A stretch of 60,470 nucleotides of DNA, counting the filler, from Hausera hauseri (taxonomy: Eukaryota), in NCBI GenBank assembly GCA_046269625.1. It is 10 parts of 10 records of this genome, joined end to end, with 100 filler letters (N's around TTAATTAATTAA, not from the genome) between each part and the next. Parts side by side here need not be neighbours in the genome. Positions count along the whole stretch, not along the records: positions 8,998 to 13,168 come from JBJURY010722547.1; positions 13,269 to 25,415 come from JBJURY010047775.1; 8 more parts are not named here. One strand, given 5' to 3'. A program made the translations under genes and the position numbers. How positions within the stretch are numbered: position 1 is the first letter of the stretch; the number at the start of each line of letters is the position of its first letter. The notes under the pieces were generated by a model. It ran no database searches, was not told the origin of the DNA, and saw only the letters and a list, made by a program, of their open reading frames with translations. Below are positions 8,998-21,249 of the stretch, one piece after another.

Positions 8998-11910
8998 ATT
9001 CTTCGGATAATCCGAGGTATCCATATGTTGGGCCAATTGGGCAATGTCCTTATAAATATCATCTGTATGGATCTGATAGACAAAACTATCAGTATCCATA
9101 TACATCAGCTACATGGACTTGGAGACTTGGGGACCATGATGTCATAATGGAATTGATACATCAAGGTGTTTGACAGATTTAATATTGCCATACCCACATA
9201 TATGGGCTTATTGAATACCAAGGATATTTTCAGCATATGGATGCTGACAATGTTCTCAGTATATATGGTGCTACTGTGGAAGTTAGGCTTGGCAATAAGC
9301 TTCTTTGCCCGCTTTCACTGAGAGACCAGGTCGATGTTGATCCTGTAGCGGATATTCTCCACCGTCTTGCCAAAAACGCTGTTGTTGTAAAGCTTGAAGT
9401 GATCCTTCTCAAATTCGTTCTTGGCATTTGTCCGCAACTTGGTATTGAGATCTATGTAGAGCTGAAGCCACATGGACTGGCTGAACTGCAGAGTTCTATG
9501 GATCTTTGTAATGCGGAGTCCATGTCTAAGTGTCTGCTGGAGATTGATGTAATGGACTACATACCTCTCCCTATTACCCAGATGACAAAGCAGCTTTCTA
9601 TGCTTTCCATGGGGCGGAGGTCTGCTCTAAGGGAGGAAAGGCAGCTGTTGATGCCTTGCGTGGATAGAAGCCGGATATTCCATATTCACCTCAAGTATGT
9701 AGCCCGTATCTCCAGTGGGATCCAGATCCAATATAGGAATGTTTTCAGGATTCGCGACCCATTTAAAGTTATTATATGGCAATGGGGCGCTCATTACATA
9801 TCCATACAAGTTGTTGGCATTCAGGTATGATATATATGATGATTTCTTGGATGAATCATACTGGACTATATACTTGTTGTTGGCCTCGCTATACCGATGA
9901 ATGGCTTGGCATATTTCGCCCCTAATGCCTCTCTCGATCGTAAGGATCATGTCGTAATCCTTAATGATCTGCAACCTAATACCAGTATATCTCAGCATAG
10001 CTGCCCAGCTCATACTTAAAACCGTAAAGAAATGAGCCAAATCCAATGCATGGCTCTTCATTGTAATATCCCTGAAACTCTCAAAGACATCTGTCAGAAG
10101 AAACACGTCCGTTTTGAGGTATACGTTGCTGTATTCCCCTATTGTCCTGTAGTTGAATGCCTGCCGGACATTCTGAGCTTGCTGATAGTCCTCATTATTA
10201 ATATCACGGTTCGACAACTGGCTATAAAGTCAATTCTTTGGCAGTAATTATGTCTCATCTAGTGTTTCCCATGATGTTATATAGTCGTGGGGAAACACTG
10301 CTTTCCTTTTAACTAGGTCAAATTTAGTGGGAAAGAACCGCTTGGTCTCCTTGAGTTCTTCGTCAGGGAGGTTCTTCATTAAACTATCCTGTAAAGACGA
10401 CATGAAACGGAAACTGTCTATGAAGCGAAGCTTGATTCTTCCAACATGCTTAATGAAAATAATGAATTTTTCCTCACTATTGGGAAAGATATCAATGTTC
10501 CCATAAATGTTGCCCAGTTCCCAAACAATGAAGGGGGAATCATATCCACAGAGATTGTAGAACACTACATGCACACATGTGAATATTTTGCAACGCAGAT
10601 TGCAGTTGTTTCATGCTGCACCTCCATATTTGCCTGTAAAATGGCAATGATCCATGACTTTATGATTAGTAAAGGACATATCGCACAAGTAACATGTTGA
10701 TGCCTTGCGCCATTCTTCTTCTTGCTGCTTCGACATGCTCATATTATCCTTATGCTGAAGCATATTTTCAAGCCTATGAGCCATGTCTTCAAGTCGTTTC
10801 ATGAAATGTGCTGCTGCACCTAGACCTCTGAATGGAAATGGTTCATTGTCCAGTCATTTGGCATACATGCAATATGATGAGAGTTCATTATATTGGTGTG
10901 CCGTTGTGCTACTATGTTGAAGATTAGGGCTGCAGCTGAGAATTGGCCTGAGAATAGCTTCAAAGTCGCCTTCCCAAACTCCTTGAATTCAATGTAGTCT
11001 TCCTTGGGGAATTCTGGCCTGATGGAGTAATTGTTGTTACAGTACATCTTGTGCTTCTTCAACTTCTCCACAGCTAACTTGCCGCTGAAATGGGAAAAAC
11101 ATCGTTCGCATATTTCGATTCTTGTTGTGTATTTATAATTTGGGATCTGACTAGACGTTCAAAGTTCTTGATTCAAACATAATGTTTCTTTTCTCCATCG
11201 TTTAGCAGGAACCGATCCCTATGATCTTCCAATTCAATGTCGCATATATGCAGGGGATAGAATTAGTCCTCGTCATCCAAGCCAATGATGTTGATAGACA
11301 CGTTGTTGATTCGACTGAACTTTTTGACTTCATCTATGGATGGAGGGAATGTGATACACTGGAAGTCATAGTTGTGCTGCACATCCTTATATAGCCAAAT
11401 TCAATCTGTTGCATGTTTTGGATCCTGTACGAATTTACATAAAATGGCATACATAAAACACTTGTTGTCATCATTAAGGACATTAATGCATGCCTTTTTA
11501 TTAACGATCCATTCTGGAAGTTGTATATAGGAGCTGCCCCGCATGGGAGAGTAATTGTGAACATACACAAGCAATCTCTTGATGGTTGCCAGAGTCCATC
11601 CGCTCTTCTTACGCTGGCTCTCATCGGCTTCACGGATCAGCTTCGCATGCTCTTCATGCAGTTATTCTGCTATATTGGCGTTTTCCAATATGGGCCTACT
11701 TTTGGTCTTGAAGGCTCTATTGGATTCTTCGCCATAGACATTGATGTATGTAACCTCCAGTTTCATATTAACCTTAATGGCCTTGAGCTCAGCTATGTTG
11801 TCCTGGTGAATTCCTTCTGTTTCTTCCTTTGTATATTTTAAGAACTCCGTGACGGTTGTTTGGTCAGTTGTATCAATAACATATCTACGGCATTTTCTCT
11901 TTAATGCTGC
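8998..11910 (-). pseudogene. Polinton/Maverick/adintovirus-type protein-primed DNA polymerase B
   Basis: INVLNDDNKCFMYAIL (OTU-like region), TCYLCD..DHCHFTGKY (endonuclease VII-like insert), RFIDSFRFM, YLKTDVFLLTDVFESFR, YLNANNLYG (motif A), KLYNNSVFGKT (motif B), YMDTDSF (motif C). Confidence 0.92.
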
Positions 11911-11914
11911 TGCA

Positions 11915-12600
11915 TCAATTGGCCGCTGTCTTTGACTTTTTGTTGGAGCTGCTACGCTTGATGGGCCTCAAGGCGTCTGATGGGCCTGATGCGCATGATG
12001 CGGCTGCACGTTTCAATTCCCTAAGATGTTTCGCAGCTGCTGCACCAGATTCTGCAGCATAATGCAAAGCAGAGTACTGCGAATAATGCTGCGAAGTAGA
12101 TGCATCAGTATTATGTTGCGCATTATAAATGGCCTTCTTTGATTTTAATGCGAAGTGACTCAAATGATGTTTGTGATAATTATAGAACCGTATGTAAATT
12201 GCACCGCATACAGTCTCGCATCCCGGACATATATAATATTGGATCCTTTTGGATTTGTGTCCATAATACCGCTGCATCGTTTCATGACACTGTTGCAAAT
12301 TATGTGCTTTGTTGTGCAATAAGGATAGGAACAGCACATCTGATTTGCTTTTGGGACACTTGTTGTCATTGGCATATTACTGTTCAATATTTCTTTCTTC
12401 GATTTTGTGAACGAATCCAGATGTTGTTTATGTTGATTATAAAATTCCTCGTAATCGCTCCGGTACACTACCTCACATGCAGGACATACATAGTATTGAG
12501 TCCTATTGTGTTGGTATCCAAAGCAATGCTGCATTACCCTGTGGCAATTCTGCTCCTCGTGTTTCTGCGCCATGCAAAATTTGTAGAAATTGCAAATCTA
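11915..12600 (-). pseudogene. Duplicated Cys/His (zinc-finger-like) region, probably the N-terminal part of the pPolB ORF
   Basis: QNCHRVMQHCFGYQHNRTQYYVCPACEVV..FYNQHKQHL versus QQCHETMQRYYGHKSKRIQYYICPGCETV..FYNYHKHHL. Confidence 0.55.
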
Positions 12601-13168
12601 AACAAACTAATTATTTGAGGCGCACAATTAAAAAACTCACCACTTGTGGAATTAATTTTGGAAATAATGAAATATATTGTCATATCAACACGCACTGCTC
12701 GTTTATTGAATTTTTGATTATTTTCTAACATTCTAGAACACTTTGTTTTAATGCATCAAATGAATTAAATTTACGTTGGCGCCAAATTCAATTTACAAAT
12801 AGGTTTTCATATATGCAGATTCGAATGACGTCATTAGATTGTTTGATTGATGTATTCTTAACCGAATATTTGAGTTTGGATCGATAATTATTTGAGTTTA
12901 AGCTCGATTTCAAATATTTGACATCATGTACCTAATCACAATATACATGTTCCTATCTATCTGTGCTTAAAGATTTTTTGATTTTAATGTGGTTTACCTT
13001 CAAATTCAACTCAATTGCTTAATCAGTATAAAAATGACTTAGCATTTATTAAGTACTTTACCATATTGGAAAACCTTGTTTTTATACACTGCAATGCACT
13101 AATATTGATTGATGTATAGGTTTTTGTATATGAGGAATTGAATGAAGTCTGTCTCACTTGCAATTTGG

Positions 13169-13268
13169 NNNNNNNNNNNNNNNNNNNNNNNNNNNNNNNN
13201 NNNNNNNNNNNNTTAATTAATTAANNNNNNNNNNNNNNNNNNNNNNNNNNNNNNNNNNNNNNNNNNNN
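13169..13268. other. Artificial contig linker
   Basis: N44-TTAATTAATTAA-N44. Confidence 0.98.
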
Positions 13269-14539
13269 AGAAAAAAGGGCTAGTTGAGGCCAAAATGATC
13301 CAATTTTTAGTCAAAAGAGAGAAAGAAAACAAATAAACAATGAATCATGCTAAAGGAAATTATTGAGTTTATTTTAGTTTATCATCCGTTTAAATGATTT
13401 ACTGATTACTGTGATAGGACAGATCCACACCTTTAAGATTCTATTTTGTAAAAAATACAAAATAAAAATTTGAATCCAATATAAATTTCCTACCACTTTG
13501 CATTCATGTCCTGTTTTGTTTTGGGATAAAATCCCTCCGAAAGAAGACATTCGTTGAAACATGGCCATATGTCTTAAAGTTCAGGAGTTAATGCTACTTT
13601 TGCAAGTCACAGTAAATAAAATATAGATTACTTATATATAAGGCCAGAACATACCAATTCTGTTTAGATACTTGGAACTGAACAGCATAAATTTAGAGTT
13701 TATCAGTAATTAAATTCAGTTCAACATTCTTTGCATATTCTGTTTTCTCAATTACAATTCTCCGAAGACATCAGCTCTCGAAGCATTCACGAATATTTTC
13801 TAAGTCGTTCTTCCATGTCTACCTCTTATTGTTGATTTTTCTGTCATAGCATATTAGAGATAATTATGGTCACTTATAATTCTAAAGACTTGGCAATGCA
13901 CACGCTGTATAGTCGACAATTCCAACATTTGACATAGTTTTAAAAAAATATTACTCTTGCCTAAATAGACAAACACAGCAGAGCTGACCGGCAGAGCCGC
14001 AGAGTTCCGCTTTACGGCAATCCCAGACCATTATGAGTATCACGTATGGGAAAACATGATACTAGGTATTTCGCTAAGTAAGCGCCGTCTAGGCGCAGGC
14101 CACTACCATTTTGAGTAGAGGGGATGCTTGTTTTTGAACGAAGTTCTGGTATGTTAGTTTTGTTCGCAGGTGCAAATAGGTTTTCTCACCTTGGTGAATG
14201 GTATTGATACCTTCTTCCACGCTGATCTGAAAAATTAGATGGGTGATTGTTTTTAGACGAGTGGCGCTAACCAAACGTATTTTATTTCGAAACACAAATA
14301 GAAAACCACAAAAATGAGAAGTGGGAAGAATAAGATGGTGCTGGTGAGGGGAGGGTTTTGTTGATCACCAATGTCTGTTTGCGAGCAGCCCGTTTTTTTT
14401 TATTAGTCTAGTCGAAGGGTCAACATCTACGCACACGGATAGAACCATAAGTGCTCCGTTCTCCTCCATTCTGGAGGATCTCAGCTCAGTGCGCTTACTC
14501 AGCTGCACCGGCGAGGACCCCGTAGGGTGTCTGCTGAAT

Positions 14540-15060
14540 GGTATTATGTATGCGGCACATGCTCATGTTGTCTGTCGAAGGTCGGTTAGCAAATAACCAT
14601 GTGGGGAAGCCGTCGCATTCTTAAAACAGTCGTGTATATACGAACCGCGACCTGTATACGTATGTTAGGTCAAGTTGGTAATCTGCGATCCGTAGCAGTA
14701 TCATGTAATGCGAATTTAAACTAATAATGCGTTGATCTTTGTCTTTTCAAAACAGGTTTTAACAATTTACATCAAGCTGAGGTTCCGAGGGGTGGCTACC
14801 CTTATAAACAATTTTGTGACTCTATCGTCCGTCTCGGTCGGCAGATCGTCAGTGACGGCTAGACGTCTCTTGTCCACACACCCTTTAATCCAATATCGGG
14901 GAAAACCTTCCCAAGCGGACATTATTCATCGTAACATCAGATCATCTCATCTCTCATCTGGGACGTGTACGACCAAACAGTTGTGCACAAATATGGTTTT
15001 ACCGCTCCCGTTAGGCCTCGCAATAAGGGCTGTAAACGGGTGTTTCCACATAGGATCCAT
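14540..15060 (-). pseudogene. Polinton/Maverick A32-like packaging ATPase remnant
   Basis: Not in the ORF track. ATG at 15060 reads MDPMWKHPFTALIARPNGSGKTIFV (Walker A); later LAVTDDLPTETDDRVTKLF (Walker B region) and FKNATASPHGYLLTDLRQT. Confidence 0.82.
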
Positions 15061-15789
15061 AACTAGTAATGCAACGTTGTCTTATTATGTCCCTTTTTTT
15101 TTATTCCCTCCTAATATATCGATGTCTTTCTCTTCCACAGATAAAATGACGTTCATAGAAACTATCACTAACAAATAGTGGGCGTCCTCGTTTAAATATA
15201 TGCCGTCTGTATTTTCTGACATCGTCTCGTTTGCAAAATATTTCTGTGGTACACGATTTACACGGAGCCACGGTGCATAGTGATAGGTGCGCTCGCTTTC
15301 CATTTTATGGTCGGAAGTTCAAACCTGCTGTGGCTGATTACATTTTTCTGACCAAAATGGCTCCATGGACCACCCATTGGTACTGGAGAAATTGTCTGTG
15401 AAAGTAAAGAGGCCCTGGTGTTATGCTGATCACATGCCAAATTAAGTGCTGTTGTAAACACTAAATCCACATTCCCTTATTCGTCTTCTAGGCTTTAATG
15501 GGCTCCATTTACAGGATTTGTGTCTTTTTGGCTATTTAAAAAAATGTCGTATGGAGTAAAGTCGTATGGAGGAAAATATCACTTTCAGAGAATAAACACA
15601 GTGCTAGCACTATAAGAAATCATAATGAAGATTACCAGACATAAAACACCTTAGACAATTGAAAAAACGCTTATCAAACTCTGCAGTCTGAAGATGTAGA
15701 AGTTAATTCTCAGAATTCTTAAAAGACTTACTTACACAAAAACATCTGAGACCAACAACTGAATTTGAAACTCAAAGGAAAGGAAACAG

Positions 15790-16980
15790 TGTCTTGTCTT
15801 GTATTCAATCCATAGTCATCGCGAATCAAGTCTTCTTGAATCTGAAGACAATATGTCGTACTGCAGTTTTAATAAGCGGCTGTGGGCTGCCATTTAAGAC
15901 ACAGTCAATGTTTGGGTTGTCAGGAGGTAGAGTCCGTCTTAGCTCCTCGAGTGTGGTGCAAGACAGCAGGTGGTGCTTCACTGTCTCATTTAGGTGTTTA
16001 CAATGTCTGCATATTGCTGTAGTAGGTATGTCTAATCAGTTTCTGTGAGCATTTAGTGTATAGCGGCAAGTTCTCAACCTGAAGATCTATGTTTGTTAAT
16101 TTCGTTCAATCTTGTTGATAGCATCTTTATTGTTGGATGATGTAAGGTGACTGAAATGTTTCCTTCCGGTTTTAGCATGTGCCCACATATTCATCCAATC
16201 CTATCTGCAATTATTCTTGATTATATGTCTTTCTATTGCCAAACTTAATGGATGTTGTATCTGGAACATTTGTGCTACAATCTTTGCAAGTGCCGCGTAT
16301 CTCATTGAAAGTGATATTTGTGTGGCCTTGTATCCACTGCTTATGCACATCACCACCATATAGGTTTATAAGAGAGGGGATTTGTTCGTACCTTTGGTTT
16401 TTTCAGTGAGGTGGAAGATTAGGTTCGGGTATTGTTGTTATTCTTGTCTCTGTTAGGTAATGCTTTTCTGATAGCTCTTTATATCTTTTCATGAAAGAAG
16501 TCTTCTTGATTCGTCTCCAGGGTTCGTAGTTGGTTACAATCTTCTTGCACGGATTGTGTTTGGATTTTCTCAGAAATAGTTTTGCTGTTAGACTCCTTAT
16601 CTCTAGGGGTTCCACACTAGCAGAAATCTCACACCCATGTGTTGATATAGTCGCAGGCCGCCGATAATTAATCTTTGTTCTGGATACCGTCTAACCTGTT
16701 CCTCGTGATCTGACTGTTAATGGCTTGCAGTGGCAAGAGTAGGCCATGACAGAGCATTCATATCCCAGGTATAATTGTTGCAGTGTGTGCTGATTGACTC
16801 CTCAATTTGTGTTTACCAATCCTTTTATAATAGTTAGTCTTTTTGAGGTCTTTGCTACCAGTGCCTAAGCACGTAATCTGTAAGTAAGTATAGTGTCAAG
16901 AAGAATTCCTTGGTAAGTCTGCATGGTTGTTTTCTTTTGCCATTATTTTTTTTCTAACTTTAGATGAAAATGTTTCCTGG
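15790..16980 (-). mobile_element. LINE (I/Ingi-like) 3' fragment
   Basis: Degenerate ORF2 end: EPLEIR..HNPCKK, then a C-terminal ETVKHHLL.C..L.ELRR.L knuckle region and a CAAGACAAGAC tail. Confidence 0.6.
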
Positions 16981-16994
16981 CTATCTGACTGCTG

Positions 16995-17240
16995 CGGGTG
17001 AAAAGTGTCTGCAATAGGCTGTTAGTGCAGCTAGGGTATGATTTACAGTGAAGCACCACTTGCTGTCTTGCTCCGCACTCCAGGAGTTAAGACGATCTTT
17101 ACTACCTGACAACCCTAACATAGACAGTGCCCTATATGGCAGGCCACAGCAGCTTATTAAATCTGCACAGTACCACATATTGGCATTAAAGTCTACAAGA
17201 CCTGACGCTCGATGACTGCGGATCCAAGACAAGACAAGGG
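16995..17240 (+). mobile_element. Second LINE 3' end, opposite orientation
   Basis: FTVKHHLLSCSALQELRRSLLPDNPNIDSALYG..QLIKSAQYH, ending CAAGACAAGACAAG; related to 15790-16030. Confidence 0.6.
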
Positions 17241-18459
17241 CATGATTTTGTTTTATCTGAGGTTGAAGTGGTGATTTTCCTTCTGCCCATAAAACTTGAT
17301 CGTCTGCAAAGAAGGCATTGTGCACATTAATATATTTTTCCAGTTCGCTGATATAGATGAGGAAAAGTGTGAAGTTTAGGCGTGAGCCTTGCGCGAAGAC
17401 CTTTCTTTGATCGTGTTTTCCTTAATGTTGTCCCATTGTATCAAGTGTTTTGATTTGTTAAAAATCTTTGGTCCATTTATAGTCTTCCTTCCACAGACAG
17501 CGGTGCTCAAAATTGTCAGTGCAGTTCTCAGCATCCGCTTCACATGAAAGCTGATACAGGCTTCACCAGGTCGCAATTTTGGCTCATCTACACACATAAT
17601 AAAGTTAAGAGCGTTATCAGTATATGGGAGATAACAAGAAACAAAACCATTTCTGTTCTTTAGGCTTAAATGATTATCACACCTGAAAACACTTTTTGAA
17701 ACAAAGCGTCACGGCGCAGGTCTGTTAGCTTTCAAATTGTGACAGAAAACCATTTTTCCCTTTGACAACTGATCAAACAATCAGCGCAGATGTAGGATTT
17801 GAACCATTCGGCATAAACATAGAACATCTAACAGCTTATCGAATCCACCGCTTAATAATTATTATATTATTTCACTTGATGTAAATGTTTATTGGTGTCT
17901 ATCATTTTAACTTTCATTGATCAAATGATCCTCTTTGTAAGGATTGCAATTTTATTTGTTTCTTTTAGTTAGTATATTGCTTAAAAGGACTATGATAATT
18001 ATGCCTTAGATTAAATAAACAAAAAGAACTACAGTAAAACACGCTAATAATAAGTAATATTTATTACTTACCGCCTTTTCCAATTTCTGTGATAAATGTA
18101 AAAAAATAAAACTAGTCATAGTTTGTGGCAATAAAATGATACAAGTTTATAATCATAGTGTTCAGGCATATTGGATCTGATTTAAGAGGTTTGCTTTGTT
18201 CTTCTTCAAAACAAATATACTTTAATGATAATTTCAAAGAGTTTTAGCGTCGATGTGTAAAAATTACGAACTTAGTTATCAGAAAATAGCATCATGGCAT
18301 AACAATTAATAATAATAATAATAATAATACTAACGTTTCAAGGCGTACTACAATCTGACTTAAATAGCAGAATATGCAAAGTAAGAATAACTTTGATAAG
18401 ATGAACAGTTGACAATTATTTGCACATCAACACGTGAACCAAAATCAAAATGTATAAAC

Positions 18460-20900
18460 TTTATACTGTCAGTGCTGCTGTATGGAGCAGAGTGTGGAGA
18501 GCAACGTTAAAAACAACGGCGAAGCTGTCATTCCACACAGTTTGCCTGGGAATATTCATAATATACAGGCTACAGGCCATTAGTAAACAGCAATAAGAAA
18601 ACGTCGATGGAGATAGATTGGACATGTGCTCAGGAAAGATCATTACTAGAACCTAATGTGATGGAAACCAGATGAATAGAGAAATAGAGACCGGCAGAAG
18701 GCAAACTTACTTAGAACATGGGAGGCATAGATAAACAACGACATTACAAAAACTAGCTGCAAACGTAGAGAAAAAGAGAACATGTGTTCTGTCCTATGAA
18801 ACCTTACAAAGCAAGATGGATGAAGCCTGCTCTGACGGTCTTCTGTCAGATACACATGATGATGATCATCTCCGTCCGCATCTGTGCCATTCACGGAAGT
18901 AAAGTCCATTTCAAGCCTAAAGTCAGGCGTATAAGAAAATGTGGAGTTAGTGCGCAAATCTTTTCCTTTACACCAGCACATGAGTAGGTTATGTTGTCAG
19001 CATAACGCCAGGCCACCTTTACTTTCCCAGGACAACTATTTTTAAAGATGGCCGATCATGGATGATATGCTTGTCTGTTTCTGATCCTTTTTGGTAAGAG
19101 TTATATTTGGATTATTCTTATGCAATGGGTCTTCATATGGTATTACTGATTGATATGGGATTTTCTGCATTCTTATGAAAAACCCATGTCTTTGTTGCTT
19201 ACAAGGTATTAACCAATGTTGCTTTCTTCATGACCCAGTCAATTGCTATTAGGAAACGCATAGGAAAAAAAGATACATTTCTGTCTAGCATCCCATTTGT
19301 AGAACTTGATTTGGCTTTTAAACTGTTTGCAATGTAAACCTTGATATTTAACATAGCATCAGTTGTTTGACTGATGAAGTGATTTTATATGCATACTTTC
19401 GTTTGAAATCCATATTCTTCTAGGGTCTTCAACTATGCGTGATATCGTTCACTGTCGAATCCATGACAATTAATATACAATTATGATCGACATTCCAACG
19501 ATCTTTCAGTTATTGTCCTCAATACAAAGATCTGCTCTGTGCATGGTCTGCCTTTCGTAAAACCTGCTTGTTCTTTTAACAGTTTTGTTAAGGACTGTTT
19601 CCAAGCCTCGAGGGCAAAACAATGCAAACATTTTTCTTTCCCGAGACTGATAATAGATTAATTACTCTCCAGTTATCACGTCTAAAGAGGTTTTGATACT
19701 TTCACCATTACCTTCTTCATTTCAATGTTTTTTTTTCGGACACTTTCTTTCTCCAACACTTTGTTGTGCAGATATGCAAGGTATTTTGAACTGATGATAG
19801 CTTTAAGCATTTGCTGTAATTGCTGTTTCCCAGGAAATGGCTTTTTAGTTGTAAGATGCTTCTTTTATTACTGCACGTGTGACTGGTGCTCCTTTCATTT
19901 CTGTTGTCTGGACAATCGTCTTGGCTTTAATTAATAGTTCTTCTATTTTAAGCAGCAGTTTGTGAAAAATCTTTCTTTTTGTCTATTTTGATCATCTTTA
20001 TCTTGAAAAGCTTTCTGCCATTCACTTCTTTGACTGTTGCTTCTCTGTTGGCGTTTCCTAACGTTAACTCCTTCTATCTTGTACATGACTAATACATGAT
20101 TTCCTTTATATGCAGTTTGCAGGTCTTATTGAGACCTTTATATATTTCTTAATTGTCATTTCAGACCCTTCTCTTTAAAACGGTATTTTTTTGTCTCACT
20201 GTCTGCTTTTGTAAATGTTATCTGTTGTCTCACAAACTAATAATAATATTTTTATCTCTCCTTTTTCTTTTTAAGCCTCGTTAAACCTTCCTCTGTACGT
20301 TGCTTTTATTTCCTTGTTTTGTATCCAAGAAATGTTATGGCCGTTTCCACAAACGTTTTATAAACTATGTAGTTAACAGGCATATCGTTCAGGGCATGAA
20401 CTCTGAAAGTTCTAAATCAAAATTCTCTCTGTCTTGCTACATGTCTTTTCCCCTCATAGTTAAACGTTTGCGTTTGAGTTTCAGCTAGACTTTGCTTTGC
20501 AAGACAAGACTGGCACTATTTGCATCAACTCCACTTATGAGTTTGGCATTATGAAGTAAAGCTCTCCACTTTTTGCACATTGTTATGTGATTGATCATGG
20601 TTCGTTATTCTTCGATCTATGATTTGCATGCGATTTTGTGGAGTTTCTTAGCTTGAATAAAAACTATTCCACTTGTTACCAGGTTGTTGTTCGTTCAGAA
20701 GTTGATGGAGTTTTTGTTGTTGTCATTTCTGGCTCGTTTACAATATTACAGCAATATCCTGAATGATTCACTCATTTTACATGTCATATGTCATGTCTGA
20801 CTGAATAGTATACTATGTTTCTCTAATGGGTAGTTCTGTGTTTACCGTGCCATCCTACCCCGTTTTAGTTTGACTAGAATTGCAATGTATAATTTTCTCA
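18460..20900. mobile_element. RTE-like LINE debris on both strands
   Basis: Plus strand: SVLLYGAE..WIGHVLRK near 18465-18640. Minus strand: KEQAGFTKGRPCTEQIFVLRTITE near 19500-19580. Confidence 0.6.
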
Positions 20901-21249
20901 TCCCATTAACAGCCAATTCTCTTTTTTTAATGGGTGATGCGGTTGCCAAGATATAGTTGGCGGATGGGCTTATCAAACGATTCATCAAGCCTTGTCACAC
21001 GTGGAACTTTTACCGTTTTCCTGTCCACTTACCTAGATTTAATTTAACTCTTCTGGAGTCAGTTGTGGATTACTGAAACTTTAAAAACAAACATGTTTCT
21101 GTAGCTAACTTTGTTACCATGGTAACTCACTGACCCAATGCACCTTTCTATATGAAAGGTAAGGTGGGTCTCAGTCGTTCTGGCCCTCGAACATTTAACC
21201 TTGACTGGGTGGTTAAACCTACTGGTAAGTAATACTTAATATAATGCAT

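Noticed and set aside
8800-9100. Apparent linkage of the gB-like env to pPolB, suggesting a hybrid Maverick-retrovirus
   Set aside because: They are separated by an artificial linker and lie on different contigs.
9237-9830. Long plus-strand ORFs (also 3929-4294, 12100-12618, 48803-49246, 54726-55079)
   Set aside because: They are antisense shadows of minus-strand pol, pPolB or gag coding sequence.
15790-17240. ~250-bp inverted repeat that looked like TIRs
   Set aside because: Both arms are diverged LINE 3' ends (knuckle plus CAAGA tail), not transposon termini.
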